From Rebecca billardiae RCC1528 (taxonomy: Eukaryota > Protista > Haptophyta), in the NCBI GenBank assembly GCA_965240325.2, contig OZ251223.1, positions 1,116,001 through 1,180,000 on the forward strand: 64,000 nucleotides of DNA, written 5' to 3'. Under the pieces are notes generated by a model that saw nothing but the letters and a program-made list of their open reading frames with translations, made no database searches and was not told the origin of the DNA. This document shows, piece after piece, positions 62,939 to 64,000 of the stretch. The position numbers were made by a program, and so were the translations under genes. How positions within the stretch are numbered: position 1 is the stretch's first letter; each line of letters opens with the position of its first letter.

Positions 62939-64000
62939 TCAGGCCAGCGTCGACTGCTGCGCGGTCGCCTCTGACAGATTCCAATACCGCCGCCATGCCC
63001 ACTGCCGCCGCGGCCAGTCGCCCGCCATCCGGTTGGAGTTGCTGGTGTGCTGCTGGCGCAGTCCGGCGTCGGCATCCGCGTGGCGGTCGTCAGCGCGCAA
63101 CGCACCGCCAGTGCCGGCCTCCGCCGCCTTAGCCAGCGGCCCGCCGCACAGCACCACGGGCTCTCCTCGCTCGAGCTCAAGATTGCGCCGCAGGTACGCG
63201 ACCGAGCCAGCGGGTGCGCAAGTCGAGTGCGCTCGCACCCAGTCGAAGATCTGCTCGCACCAGGCGAGCGCGAGGCGCGTGCAGTCGGCTGGGAGCACCC
63301 CTGGCACGGCGGGCGCGAGTGGCTCGCAGCGTCCGCGGCACGAGCCGTCCGCCGGACCGCCGGCCGGGCAGCGCTGCCGCAGCACAGCCGTCGGCGGGTC
63401 GGCCGAGTACCGGAGCGTGCACGCGGCGCTGTCCACGGAGAGCTGGGGCGCGACGTCTGGGCCGCGCCGCACCATCGGCCACGGCGTCCGCGTCCACACG
63501 TCGTCGCAGTACGCGAGCGGCCACAGCCGCTGCGCCGTCGAGAACGAGTTCAACGGCAAGGTATTGATCGAATGCCTCAGCGGGGCCACTGCTGGAGTCC
63601 CCGCGGGCGAGCGCGCCATGCGTCCCGGAGGTGGCGTGCCCTGTCGCACGTGCGCGCGCAGCACCTCGAGGGGGCCCATGGGCAGGCCCAGCACCGCGCC
63701 GGGGAGGCCAACCATTGGGGACATGCGCAAGTTCGGGTCCACGAGCAGCGTGCGCCCCGAGCCCCGCTCGATCCGGAAGTCGCACTGGCCGGCGCCCGTG
63801 AAGCCGAGCGCGCGCATCAGCAGGCCAAACGAGCGCGCCGCCTCGGGCAGGTTGGCCGTGCGAAACATCATGCCACGCCCTGTCTCGCCTGCGTGTGCGA
63901 GAGGGACGTAGCCGAAGCCAGCGACCACCTCGCCGTCGACCACCGTGCCCACCCACGACACCGTCACGCCCTCCACCCACGCCTCCAGCAGCAGGCTCGT
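62939..64000 (-). CDS. ATP-grasp-fold protein, 5' end beyond the window
   Basis: Frame is open to the edge: SLLLEAWVEGVTV...LGFTGAGQCDFRIERGSGRTLLVDPNLRMS, resembling the ATP-grasp QEyIxG and ExNxR motifs. Confidence 0.6.
   Translation of the reverse strand, partial: TSLLLEAWVEGVTVSWVGTVVDGEVVAGFGYVPLAHAGETGRGMMFRTANLPEAARSFGLLMRALGFTGAGQCDFRIERGSGRTLLVDPNLRMSPMVGLPGAVLGLPMGPLEVLRAHVRQGTPPPGRMARSPAGTPAVAPLRHSINTLPLNSFSTAQRLWPLAYCDDVWTRTPWPMVRRGPDVAPQLSVDSAACTLRYSADPPTAVLRQRCPAGGPADGSCRGRCEPLAPAVPGVLPADCTRLALAWCEQIFDWVRAHSTCAPAGSVAYLRRNLELERGEPVVLCGGPLAKAAEAGTGGALRADDRHADADAGLRQQHTSNSNRMAGDWPRRQWAWRRYWNLSEATAQQSTLA

Overview
GC-rich eukaryotic nuclear DNA with short GT-AG introns. Signal-peptide-led Cpn20 and PLGG1 homologues imply an alga with a complex plastid; a haptophyte such as Pavlovales is my inference, not something the sequence proves. 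About 19 genes: acyltransferase-3, GH79 heparanase-like, ABCC transporter, a ~2,700-aa Pro-rich/Cys-repeat type I surface protein, Coa1/Tim21-like, Cpn20, LrgB/PLGG1, maltose O-acetyltransferase-like, ACL4-like, a small ubiquitin-fold TM protein, multi-FKBP-TPR, SNX1, a sulfotransferase, strawberry notch-like, two Sel1-repeat/MYND paralogues, a coiled-coil protein and two edge-truncated genes. Most genes lie in tight head-to-head pairs. Intergenic DNA holds two related long foldback elements, a TTAA-associated MITE, two members of an apparently rolling-circle (Helitron2/Helentron-like) family with unusual TG...CA ends, a ~290-bp palindrome and a 5'-truncated RNase H-bearing LINE in a microsatellite. 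Best novelty candidates: (1) Sel1-MYND genes whose 108-bp repeats have a near-invariant DNA scaffold, hypervariable codons at fixed positions and block shuffling, suggesting a variable-receptor system; (2) the asymmetric-end hairpin element family; (3) the giant modular surface protein. All calls are by eye, with no database searches.
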